Positions 39,196 to 47,900 of a stretch of 64,000 bases of DNA are shown here, in pieces. Positions within the stretch are counted from its first letter, which is position 1. Every line of letters begins with the position of its first letter. Below the pieces are notes generated by a model, which saw nothing but the letters and a program-made list of their open reading frames with translations, was not told the origin of the DNA and did no database searches. Position numbers and translations under genes: made by a program. The stretch is from a virus: the IMG/VR virus record IMGVR_UViG_3300037483_000594, positions 1-64,000 of that record. One strand, given 5' to 3'.

Positions 39196-39941
39196 AAAGC
39201 TCAACGCTAAAGCGGAAGCTCCGACAGGGAGCGCTTGTCTTCCACGCTAACGTGCTGCTCGGTGAGGAAATCTCGAACATGTGCGCTACGCGAGCGTCAC
39301 TAGAGGGCGGAGAGCTCACTCTGCACTTCTGCAACGTGCACTTCGACGGACTGCGTGCACTGAAGACACTGTTCACAGCGTGCAGGTTTGAGTCCTGCAC
39401 CTTCCAAGCCGCGGTCTTGAAGGAGTGTGTCTTCGAGAACTGTACGTTCAAATTCTGCACATTCAAAGGCCGCGCGACTGACATTTCTTCAGCCTTTCAG
39501 TGCTCCTTTGATCATTGCATTTTCGACAACATCGACTTCCGAGGTAGCACCTTCAAAAAGAGCGAGTTCGTGCGCTCCCTATTCGACTCTGTTGACTTCA
39601 CTGGGTGTGACCTCTCCGCTGTCTCGTTTCATGGCAACTCCTTTTCGTGGATGGAGGTGCGGGGTGCGAAGATAAACCTGAACTGCTCTGAAATGATCGG
39701 GTTTATCCTAACCTACTACGGATACAAGTCAGGCGCGCGCCTGGCGCTTGCACGCCAATTCGAGTTCGGAACGGCGAAGCTCACTGGGAAGGGCCCTCTG
39801 CAACAGTGGGCAGTGCGAACCCTGGCCAGGCACACGTCCAAGGAACAGAAGGGGCTGCTTCCTGCTCCTGCCAAACGACGCAAGGAGGAGAAGCTCGAGG
39901 CCTTGATCGAAAAGGTGGTTCGGAGGATAAACAAGAAGTAG
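39192..39941 (+). CDS. Pentapeptide-repeat protein
   Basis: Repeating CxFxx/xxFxx pentads (ACRFE SCTFQ...ECVFE NCTFK FCTFK). Confidence 0.85.
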   Translation: MKSSTLKRKLRQGALVFHANVLLGEEISNMCATRASLEGGELTLHFCNVHFDGLRALKTLFTACRFESCTFQAAVLKECVFENCTFKFCTFKGRATDISSAFQCSFDHCIFDNIDFRGSTFKKSEFVRSLFDSVDFTGCDLSAVSFHGNSFSWMEVRGAKINLNCSEMIGFILTYYGYKSGARLALARQFEFGTAKLTGKGPLQQWAVRTLARHTSKEQKGLLPAPAKRRKEEKLEALIEKVVRRINKK

Positions 39942-39949
39942 GAGGAAGT

Positions 39950-40504
39950 GTGTCTATCCCACCGAAGGATCACGTAGGGCTGGCCTGGAGCCGGGTAACC
40001 ATCTGGTGTCGGAGAAACCCGGAATGGGACAAAGATGACGTGTTCGAGGCCGCTCTCAACGGGCTTTACGAGGGGTGCAAACGCTTTGACGAGACAAGAG
40101 GAGTTCGCCCCAGCACCTACGTGGTGAAGTGGATTGACGAGTACATCAGGAGGTCACGCCGGCCACTGGCTGGGGTCAAGCACGCAAAGCTCGGGAGTGA
40201 TCCGCTCACATACATCGAAGACGTGACAAAAATCGACGCCATGTGGAAGCGCGTGGCTGGGGATGTAGAGACCGCAGACGACCATCTGTCAAAAAAAGAG
40301 GTGGCCAGGTTGCTGTGGGAAGCGGTGCAAGAACTTCCTCCAAAGAAGCGCTACTGCGTGACGCAGTACTTCTACGAGGGCAAGACCTACGCGGAGATAG
40401 GAAGCACTTTTGGCACTTCGCGTCAGGCGGTAGAGAGCCTTATCCGTGGGACCCTACAGTTTCTAAAGACAAAGCTGACGAGGTTGCATGGTGACTTTAT
40501 TTGA
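39950..40504 (+). CDS. Sigma-70 family RNA polymerase sigma factor
   Basis: Region 2 GLYEGCKRFDETRGVRPSTYVVKWI; region 4 TYAEIGSTFGTSRQAV. Confidence 0.88.
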   Translation: MSIPPKDHVGLAWSRVTIWCRRNPEWDKDDVFEAALNGLYEGCKRFDETRGVRPSTYVVKWIDEYIRRSRRPLAGVKHAKLGSDPLTYIEDVTKIDAMWKRVAGDVETADDHLSKKEVARLLWEAVQELPPKKRYCVTQYFYEGKTYAEIGSTFGTSRQAVESLIRGTLQFLKTKLTRLHGDFI

Positions 40505-40706
40505 AGAAGTTAACGGATGTTGGAACTGCCCGTACAGGCGGGAGCACAACCACATGAGCTACTGTGATTTCACCGTAGAAGGAGCGTACTTGATACCAGC
40601 AGCGGACCTCGTGGAAAAATCGGCAGAAGAGGAGCTCCCCCCTCCTCCGCGCTGTCCGCTACGCTGTGTCGGTGAGGTAGTAGTACGGCTGATTTGTAAA
40701 CAATAA
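40488..40706 (+). CDS. Small Cys-rich protein
   Basis: CWNCPY...C...CPL. Confidence 0.6.
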   Translation: MVTLFEEVNGCWNCPYRREHNHMSYCDFTVEGAYLIPAADLVEKSAEEELPPPPRCPLRCVGEVVVRLICKQ

Positions 40707-40719
40707 CATCAACTTCTGT

Positions 40720-40725
40720 TATAAG
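40720..40725 (+). promoter_or_regulatory. TATAAG promoter-like motif
   Basis: GTTATAAGT ~20 nt before a GGAGG-led ATG. Confidence 0.6.
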
Positions 40726-40744
40726 TATTTGAGGGAGGTTTTAC

Positions 40745-41308
40745 ATGAAAACTCTAACACTTCTTGTTCTTCTTTCTGTTTCCTGTGCCGGTCCACACCA
40801 GCGGCCCGACGAGGAGCTCCCAGCTCCTCTGGTAGTTGAGTGTCTTGCGGGGGAGGAGAGGTGCCTCGTCCCGGACGCGGCAGTGAGCGAGCTCGGGGAC
40901 CCCAACCTTGTCCTCGGGCAACAGCCCGAGGCGTCCATCCTCATCTGCGTCGGGGACATGGAGTCCCCCGGCGTGTACATCCAGATTGGAGGGAACGGTT
41001 TTCCCGTCTGTGTAGTTGAGACAGACGGGAGCGCGGAGGAGGTGACCCAGGGCGTACTTTGGTGCGCCTACGGTTTGGGGGAGGTGGAGGCGCTCACCTG
41101 CATCGACCCCGGGGCCTTCTGCGAGGAGGTCTCCGACGCTCTCGATCTCGGCTGGGGGCACTCCAACCTGTTTTTGAACCCGAGTTCGATCCCGGGTTCC
41201 TACACCAGGCTCAACCACCTTGGAGAACCGATCTGCAACGCAGCAACGGGTGGCACCGCTGAGGAGGCCGTCCAGGCCACTCAATGGTGTATTGAGGGGT
41301 TGCTGTAA
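40745..41308 (+). CDS. Putative lipoprotein with an internal repeat
   Basis: MKTLTLLVLLSVSC lipobox-like signal; repeated GxPxC...GxAEExxQxxxWCxxGL. Confidence 0.7.
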   Translation: MKTLTLLVLLSVSCAGPHQRPDEELPAPLVVECLAGEERCLVPDAAVSELGDPNLVLGQQPEASILICVGDMESPGVYIQIGGNGFPVCVVETDGSAEEVTQGVLWCAYGLGEVEALTCIDPGAFCEEVSDALDLGWGHSNLFLNPSSIPGSYTRLNHLGEPICNAATGGTAEEAVQATQWCIEGLL

Positions 41309-41312
41309 GTCT

Positions 41313-41338
41313 GGGAAGGCCCCTTGGCCTTCCCTTTT
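41313..41338 (+). terminator. Rho-independent terminator
   Basis: GGGAAGGCC-cctt-GGCCTTCCC-TTTT. Confidence 0.85.
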
Positions 41339-41351
41339 GCCCTAAAGGAGC

Positions 41352-41816
41352 ATGATGTTTTCGGCACTGTTCAAGAGCCTAGAAGCGCAAACTCCCGGTC
41401 GTTATGTGTTCGAGGAAGGCGCTAGCCCAACGCTGAACCGGGTCTTCGCTGTGTACGAAGGCAAGCACGTAGCTGTGCTCACCCTTCGCTACGTGAAACG
41501 CGCGTACTGGGTGGTTCTCCGTAGTCTGCTGCGCGAGCACGGATTTCGGAACTTTTCGCTCAAGTACCAGTTCCCGGACATTGAGCGAATCCCCTACCTG
41601 GTCCAGTGTATCGACGACCGGTGTAGGGGGGTCGTCCGCTTTTTAGAAAGCAGGGGCACCTCACGGCAAGACATCTCCGAGCGCATGAAACTGGCCGAGG
41701 AGGTGTTCTACGTCCCCACTTCCGGAGAGGAGGGGGATCTGGTGGTGAGGGGGCTCACTATGGACCAAGCGGCCGTCCTTGCTAAGACAGTCGCTGAAAT
41801 GAAAGGAGAGAGATGA
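41352..41816 (+). CDS. Hypothetical protein
   Basis: AAGGAG RBS. Confidence 0.7.
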   Translation: MMFSALFKSLEAQTPGRYVFEEGASPTLNRVFAVYEGKHVAVLTLRYVKRAYWVVLRSLLREHGFRNFSLKYQFPDIERIPYLVQCIDDRCRGVVRFLESRGTSRQDISERMKLAEEVFYVPTSGEEGDLVVRGLTMDQAAVLAKTVAEMKGER

Positions 41817-42574
41817 CACAGTTACATGAGGTACTGGCGGTTGAAGGGGACTTGGCGAAGACGGCCAAGAAGATCGGTGAGGAGACGGTCAACACGTTCT
41901 CCAAGAAGGGGGCGCACTTCTTGGGGCACCACAAGACGCTGACGATGTTTGCTGAAGACCGCCAGCAGGAGGCGGAAGGGGCAGAGGACAGCAAGACTAT
42001 CGTCGAGACCGTACCGGACAAGCTCCGGTATACCGCCAAAAGCTTCGAGCGTTTCTGGGCCTGCATCCTACAGAAGGAGGCCACCAACCAGGTAGCAAAG
42101 GCCGACCTGGAGGTCGACGGCATGTTGCTGGGGAGCGACCTCCCAGCGACCTTCCTTCTGGGCATGGAGCATCGCCTGGTCGAGTTCCGAAACGTCATCG
42201 CCGCGGCTCCCACGCACGAGCCCGGGGTGGAGTGGGTCAAGGACCCGGACTCGGGAGCGGACGTATTCCGCTCCAAGACGCCTATTCTCACCAAGCGCGA
42301 AGAGAAGACCATGGCCTCGAAGGTGCTCTACGAGGCCACCAAAGAGCACCCGGCGCAGATCGAGCGCTGGAGTGAGAACCAGGCGGTGGGTGTGTACAAG
42401 CTCACCAAGTGGACGGCCACGGTGTCTCCGGCCAAGAAGGCCGAGCTCCTGGAGCGCTGTGATGCTCTGATCCAAGCCGTGAAGAAGGCGAGGCAACGCG
42501 CCAACAAAGCGCAGGTCGTCAAGCAAACTGCCGCGCGCGCGATGCTTGACTTCGTTCTCGGAGACATGGCATAG
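41813..42574 (+). CDS. Conserved coiled-coil protein (recalled as DUF7873-like), candidate partner of the downstream ncRNA
   Basis: LHEVLAVE, QKEATNQVAKADLEVDG, LPATFLLGME, EATKEHPAQI, LIQAVKKARQRAN. Family name is from memory and unverified. Confidence 0.75.
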   Translation: MTQLHEVLAVEGDLAKTAKKIGEETVNTFSKKGAHFLGHHKTLTMFAEDRQQEAEGAEDSKTIVETVPDKLRYTAKSFERFWACILQKEATNQVAKADLEVDGMLLGSDLPATFLLGMEHRLVEFRNVIAAAPTHEPGVEWVKDPDSGADVFRSKTPILTKREEKTMASKVLYEATKEHPAQIERWSENQAVGVYKLTKWTATVSPAKKAELLERCDALIQAVKKARQRANKAQVVKQTAARAMLDFVLGDMA

Positions 42575-42579
42575 TTCTC

Positions 42580-42897
42580 TTGGTCCAGCGTTAGCACGGT
42601 TCTTTCAGCTTTATTCGCGTCAGTTAGCTTGTTGACCAACAGCGTGACGAGGAAAGGCCGAGTGCAAAGGCAGCTTCAAATGTTCCGATGAGGAACACCC
42701 GAAGGTTGCCGGTTCGAGTCCGACACGCGGAACCTGGCTGGACATAAATTCCGCGTTAGCTCAATGGAAGAGCGTCGGTTGTTAGCATAAGGAGATGTCG
42801 TGCGCGCGGAGCCGTAAACACCTCAAACAGAATCCAAGGCCACACGGTGGCTTTAGAGTCTGATAGACGGCCCACAGAAGGTGATCTGTGGGCCGTC
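42580..42897 (+). ncRNA. Structured ncRNA with a circularly permuted tRNA-like domain (YrlA/Y-RNA-like topology)
   Basis: Variable loop AGGTT 42703-07; T-arm GCCGG-TTCGAGT-CCGAC 42708-24; acceptor stem ACGCGGAA 42725-32 / TTCCGCGT 42749-56; TA; D-arm GCTC-AATGGAA-GAGC 42759-73; closing stem AACACCCGA 42694-702 / TCGGTTGTT 42775-83. Confidence 0.8.
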
Positions 42898-42904
42898 GCC
42901 TTTT
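42866..42904 (+). terminator. Terminator ending the ncRNA unit
   Basis: 13-bp perfect stem GACGGCCCACAGA/TCTGTGGGCCGTC, then gccTTTT. Confidence 0.75.
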
Positions 42905-42911
42905 AAGGAGA

Positions 42912-43388
42912 ATGATGAAGGAACTAGTTCGGAAGGTGAAGCGGGTGCGGAGACGCGTCTGCCGGGGCACCAGAGTCTCCGTCACTGTTTCGGAGACAGC
43001 AAAGGGGCCATTCGCCTCTGTCAAGATTAGGGCGGATGATCTTGAGGTGGTCGGCTCTCCGCACCTCGTGTACACCGCAGCCAGAGGCGCGGAGAACATC
43101 AAAGCTCTCCTGCAGGCTCTGGACTGCGCAGCAGCTCAGCTCCGTAAGCTCACAGCCCCGGCGGAAGATGTCGAAGCCCTCGTGCGCGCCAGCCTCGATG
43201 CCCTGTCAGCGATGTGCAGCGGCGACTTCGCGAACTTCGCCCTCATGCGATGTATCGTGCAGGGCGAGCCCTCTGCCGCTATCGTCGTCCTGAACACCGA
43301 GGGGACGGTAACCAAGGTCACCCCAATGTTCGTAGCCTTAACACCCACCATGAGCATAACCGACCCAGAAGGAATCCCCCCTTCGTAA
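42912..43388 (+). CDS. Hypothetical protein
   Basis: AAGGAG RBS. Confidence 0.7.
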   Translation: MMKELVRKVKRVRRRVCRGTRVSVTVSETAKGPFASVKIRADDLEVVGSPHLVYTAARGAENIKALLQALDCAAAQLRKLTAPAEDVEALVRASLDALSAMCSGDFANFALMRCIVQGEPSAAIVVLNTEGTVTKVTPMFVALTPTMSITDPEGIPPS

Positions 43389-43395
43389 CTCCATC

Positions 43396-43424
43396 GCCCA
43401 GGTCCACATAGTGTGGGCCTGGGC
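43396..43424 (+). terminator. Strong hairpin after the gene, bordering the non-coding region
   Basis: GCCCAGGTCCACA-tag-TGTGGGCCTGGGC. Confidence 0.6.
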
Positions 43425-43429
43425 AACCT

Positions 43430-44100
43430 TCCCCAGTTAGACGATCTTTTTTAGCCATCTTGCCGTAGTTGAAATACTGATCACACCGTAACAGTACGAT
43501 ATCACAGCGCTAACATCATGTACTACGCTACAGTCAATTTACACATATTTGTAACGCGTCGTAATTGTTGAGTTCTGCTCGTGTGCTACACTGATCAACT
43601 GCAATTGATCAGTGATCAGTGTGTGTTTCGCAAGTGCTTGTAATCTGTTGGAGGGCAAAAGTGAGACTGATCACCGATGAGGTCTACAGGCCACAGATTT
43701 TGAAAATGTGGGAAGCTTATTTTCGGCGTAGTTCGCTCTGCATTTTAAAAAGTAACGTGTAAATGCTCCAAAACTGATCAGTTGATAAGTGAAGGGACGT
43801 CGACGATTCTGCTATAAGCATTTGTACGCATTAGCTTTTTAGCAAGACTGATCAAAAAAACTGATCAATCCTTCCGGTGTGCTGAGCGTGTAGCGTGTGT
43901 AGTGGAGATACAGCACATGCGGAAGGGGGGTGGGTGTGTGACGCTGTTGTCGATGAGGGGGTTCGGAGGGTGGTGTTTTGGGGTGTGTGTATTGTGTTAA
44001 TGAATATATGAGTTTTATTAATGTATTTATATATATTTTAACTTAACTACTATTCATTAAAACAACTAAACAACTACACAAGAGGTGTAGGTGTTTACCA
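43430..44100. other. Candidate replication origin (or packaging site)
   Basis: The only long ORF-free region; eight ACTGATCA/TGATCAGT boxes; AT-rich core with an inverted repeat; local switch from G/T-rich to A/C-rich sequence. Confidence 0.65.
43476..43867. repeat. Eight ACTGATCA iteron-like boxes
   Basis: TGATCA cores at 43478, 43592, 43606, 43613, 43668, 43775, 43849 and 43862. Confidence 0.9.
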
Positions 44101-44113
44101 TATAGGAGAACGC

Positions 44114-45547
44114 ATGTACGAGTTACCAGACGGTACGCAGGTCGACGGGATGGACATGGTGAGGCTGGTGCGTTGGTTGGAGGCGGCGGGTGTTCTTTTC
44201 GAGTGGACAGTCTCCGGATCTCCGGACGCGAGTGTTGAGGAAGCGATGACCGCTATCCGGAGAAGGTTTCAGAGAGAGGACCTGGAGCGGAGTGCGAACT
44301 GGTGGTCGGTGCAGTCCAGTACGGAGTGGGAGTACCTGCCGTTCACTGAGGGGTCTCCGCAGCAGTTCCTGTTGGGGCACTCCGCCCCTGGGCTAAGAAA
44401 CGTGTTTGAGCGGTATAAGGAGGAAGACGAGCTTTGCCTACTGTCGGTGGTACCCAAGCTCGTGCGTGTCACCGTCAGCATGTACGGATACGACGTCGAC
44501 TCTGTTTTTGGTGACAGGGCACCGAGGGATCAGCGAAAGTGCAGGCTCATCTCCGCACTGTACGGGTTCCCGGCAGAGGACCTTACCACACAGGAGGTGG
44601 CGCAGGCGAGGTCGGAACTAGGGCTCGTGGGCACCGCTATTCTTCGGGAATGGTGCGGGCAGGACTGTGAGGACCCAGAGGTAGAGCACGCGCGAGCCGT
44701 GCTTTTCGATAAGGAGTGACGATGGCGAGTCTAGGTGAGCTGCGCAAGTGGTCTGAGTGGTCGGACCCTCCTGGGTGTGAGGGCGAGGCGGACGACGCGT
44801 CTGTTGTTGTTCACGACAACGGAGACGTGAGCCTGGATGGAGAAACGGTCTTTACCTCTCCGCGGCAGAGCTGGGGGCGCTGGCTTGCAACGGAGGGGCT
44901 TCTCCCCGGGGTCAAGGTGCTACGCCCCAACTGCAAAGGGTGGGCGGAGGAGGTGGTGGACAGCGAGGTCATGCAGAGCATGCGGGGTGCGCTGTCTCGG
45001 TTTCTTGGGACGCTGTGGACAAAGGCGCGAAAGCTCGGGGTTGAGCCCATGACCCAGTTCGATAACCGGTTTTTGGTTGAACGGTTGTTGGTGCTGGACG
45101 CGCTCACGCGGCTGTACCATGAGGCGGGGCGCCTCTCCAAGCTTACCGGGCTACAGGTGCTTGTGACTAGCACAGCAACCACCGACGCTCACTATGCCTG
45201 TGAGGAGCTTTCGTCCCTGCGCGCTTCGATGGAAAGGATGCTGGAAGGAGCTGGCCATGCAGACTGACTTGGACCTGTGTCTTGGCTACGTAGGCTCCCT
45301 CTACGGGCAGTGCGGTCTCTCCGGAGAGAACGTGTCCGGGAAGTGCTGCTGTGGGCTGTACTGGCAGTACACCATGCCTCCGCACTCTCCCACTGGGGAG
45401 GTCTACCCGCAGGAGCTGGTGGAGCGCTTCGACAAGCGCAAGAGGATCTCGGTGGAGACCAGGCTACGCAGAGAGCGTGACGCGCGCGAACAAGAGGCTG
45501 CACGGAAGCGCACGTTGACTGTCCACCTTCGCCAAGAACGGAGGTAG
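44114..45547 (+). CDS. Three coupled hypothetical genes (44114-44719, 44716-45267, 45257-45547)
   Basis: AGGAG RBS before each. Confidence 0.65.
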
Positions 45548-45549
45548 GT

Positions 45550-46794
45550 GTGCCGTTCAAAGTGAGAATTCATGCTCGACCGATACCGTTCAAAAGCAGC
45601 CGGCTTCGCGAAGCAGCGTTCCTCGTGAAGAGATACAGCTACATGACTCGGGCTGTGCGCAAAGCGCTTGGGACTATGCTAGCCGTGCGCAGCAGTGGGT
45701 TTTTTGTCAAGATGGCGTCGACGGCGACCATGGCGGCTGAAATACTAGACGACCTCACAGGGGACGAGAACATGTTGCTTCGTGACATGGGATATCAGTA
45801 TCTTACCATGTTTTCCTGTAACGAAAGGTTGTGGTCCAACATGCTCGTCGCGTCTGCACTGCCGCGAACAAAAGTCGGTGCTGTAGTGTTTTTCGGGGAC
45901 GACCGCGAGCTGGCAGTGCCTTTTTGTGAGGACATGCCAAGCGCAGGACCTTACGTAAGGGATGACGACGCACTTGTGTTGTTGCGCGCAATGGCCTGGG
46001 ATGCTGGGACCGATCTCGCGCTTGTGAAGCAAGACGAAAACCTCGACCTCGTGCCCACCGCTCCTGTGGGGGACTACATAGGTGAGCCTTCTGTGGCTGT
46101 GCTCGCGGACAGAGTCCGCAAGTTCGGAGACACCCCTCGTACTGTGATGATCGAGGGACCGTCGCGTGTTGGAAAAACCGTGTTTGCACGTCGGCTGGTC
46201 CGCGAACTAGGCTTCTCGTCCAATACGCTTTTGGTCACGGTTAAGATCCTCTCCGAAACCCCCACTGAGGTGCTTCTTGACCTTGTGAACGTGTTGCAGC
46301 CAACGGTCGTTTTGGTTGACGATATCAGCTACAACACCACGCCGACCTTGCTGCACGCGCTCGAAACTCTCAGGACCAGGTCGTCGCTGACCATCTTGAC
46401 CAGGATGACTGATTCGGCTGCCCCTCGAGCTCGAGGGGACCGGTACATGGAAGGGCTCGCCCCGGGGCGTATAGATGAGGTCTGGGTGTTGCCGTACCCG
46501 GACTCCAAGAACCGTGACCTGATTCTGCGGTTCTACTACCAAAAACACAGTGTTCCCTTACCAGTGGCGCAAGGCGAGATTGTGAAACGAACAGCAGGGT
46601 TGACAGGAGGCTACCTTGCGGAGGTGGCGTACAGGCTATCCCTGTTCGGAGAGCAGGAGCTGCTCGAGCGTGAGCTGGACCAGGTGCTGTGGCAAGCTCC
46701 ACCCGCGAAGGGTGACGGAGGTGCGAATGAAGAAGGCGTGTGTCCAGTGCAAGTACTGGGTGAACTCAAGGAACGAGACAGGGATGTGCCGTAG
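45550..46794 (+). CDS. AAA+ ATPase
   Basis: Walker A GPSRVGKT, Walker B VVLVDD, PGRID, TAGLTGGYLAE. Confidence 0.85.
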   Translation: MPFKVRIHARPIPFKSSRLREAAFLVKRYSYMTRAVRKALGTMLAVRSSGFFVKMASTATMAAEILDDLTGDENMLLRDMGYQYLTMFSCNERLWSNMLVASALPRTKVGAVVFFGDDRELAVPFCEDMPSAGPYVRDDDALVLLRAMAWDAGTDLALVKQDENLDLVPTAPVGDYIGEPSVAVLADRVRKFGDTPRTVMIEGPSRVGKTVFARRLVRELGFSSNTLLVTVKILSETPTEVLLDLVNVLQPTVVLVDDISYNTTPTLLHALETLRTRSSLTILTRMTDSAAPRARGDRYMEGLAPGRIDEVWVLPYPDSKNRDLILRFYYQKHSVPLPVAQGEIVKRTAGLTGGYLAEVAYRLSLFGEQELLERELDQVLWQAPPAKGDGGANEEGVCPVQVLGELKERDRDVP

Positions 46795-46909
46795 GTACCC
46801 CCCGCGGCAACAGGACATGGGCATGGCGGCTTGGCCTGTCACATCCAGCAGTGGGTGGTGCGGAGAGTTCGTTCTCAAGGAGGCTGAGGTTGCTCCAAAG
46901 GTGCCGTGA
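46727..46909 (+). CDS. Small Cys-rich protein
   Basis: GGAGG RBS; CVQCKYW...CRRYPP...WCGEF. Confidence 0.7.
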   Translation: MKKACVQCKYWVNSRNETGMCRRYPPRQQDMGMAAWPVTSSSGWCGEFVLKEAEVAPKVP

Positions 46910-46935
46910 GTGGTACGGTCTCTCCGGAGGTTCAG

Positions 46936-47481
46936 ATGCGGATACTTGTTTTCCTTGTTGTTTTAGCACTCCCGGTTACTGCGCACGCGGAGTGCTATGA
47001 GGAGGTTCGTGCAGCCGCGCACAAGCTTCAGCCTTGGTACGCCGTGCGGAGCATGCCTTGGAGGGCCGCGCACCTCGATAAGCTCTCAAGGGCTGTGTGT
47101 GCGGCTTCCGCGGAGACCGGGGTCAGCCCGCTGCTTGCGATTGCGGTGGCGAGGCGTGAGTCTTCGCTGCTGCCCAGGGTCGGGCTCGGAAAGAAGGTCG
47201 GGTCGCGGGGAGAGCAGGGGTACTTCCAGGTGCTTCCGGGGAGCCCGGCCGCGCGCCTTGGGGCGTGTGACCAAACGGAGCCGGCGTGCAACGCTCTGTC
47301 GGCGCTACGCTACATGCGTGCTCTGCAGACGAGGTGCGGAGAGGACCCTTGGGTGTGGGTTGGGGCTTACGGGGCCGGGCACTGTCCAACGCCCCTGGAG
47401 GCCAGGAGGTGGGGGGTGGTGCGGGTTGCACGGCGGTTCTACTGCGAGGTGGCTGACTGCGACACAGGGTGGCCGCTGTGA
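46936..47481 (+). CDS. Secreted lytic transglycosylase (SLT-like), possible endolysin
   Basis: Signal peptide MRILVFLVVLALPVTAHA; catalytic ARRESS, GYFQV, GAYGAG. Confidence 0.8.
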   Translation: MRILVFLVVLALPVTAHAECYEEVRAAAHKLQPWYAVRSMPWRAAHLDKLSRAVCAASAETGVSPLLAIAVARRESSLLPRVGLGKKVGSRGEQGYFQVLPGSPAARLGACDQTEPACNALSALRYMRALQTRCGEDPWVWVGAYGAGHCPTPLEARRWGVVRVARRFYCEVADCDTGWPL

Positions 47482-47850
47482 GCCCTACGGACCAAACCGC
47501 GCAGTTGCTGGACAGGGGGGTGAACAACGTGCTCAAGCAGCTCACCCGCATAGCGGACGCACTGTCCGCTAAGAGGTCTATCGAAGAGGCCGAGGACCTT
47601 GGGCGTGCTGCAGCGCGTGCCTTCTACGCAGAGCTGAAGCGGCTTGTTGCCGAAGACAGGAGGGAAGATGCTGGTGGTTAGCACACTCAAGGTAAAACAC
47701 GACGATAAGGAGACCGAGCTTATCGTGAGCTCTACTGGGAACTCGGTTCGACATGTAACCTTGGAGTTCTGCGGGAAGTCGGTGATAGTGCATGCCGCGG
47801 AGCTGAAGGCGGCTGTGGACAACGCGACGAACACTGCGCGTTACGGTTGA
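47478..47850 (+). CDS. Two small hypothetical genes (47478-47681, 47668-47850)
   Basis: Coupled ORFs. Confidence 0.55.
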
Positions 47851-47863
47851 TCCTGGTATGCTG

Positions 47864-47884
47864 AAGGGGGCCTTCCCCCTTTTT
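47864..47884 (+). terminator. Terminator ending the accessory block
   Basis: AAGGGGG-cctt-CCCCCTT followed by T residues. Confidence 0.75.
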
Positions 47885-47900
47885 AGCCCTGTAGGTGCGC

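Noticed and set aside
42694-42783. Canonical tRNA gene
   Set aside because: The T-arm precedes the D-arm and there is no anticodon loop, so it is a permuted mimic and not a decoding tRNA.
43630-43645. IHF site (CAAGTGCTTGTAA)
   Set aside because: Only a partial match to YAANNNNTTGATW; not supportable alone.
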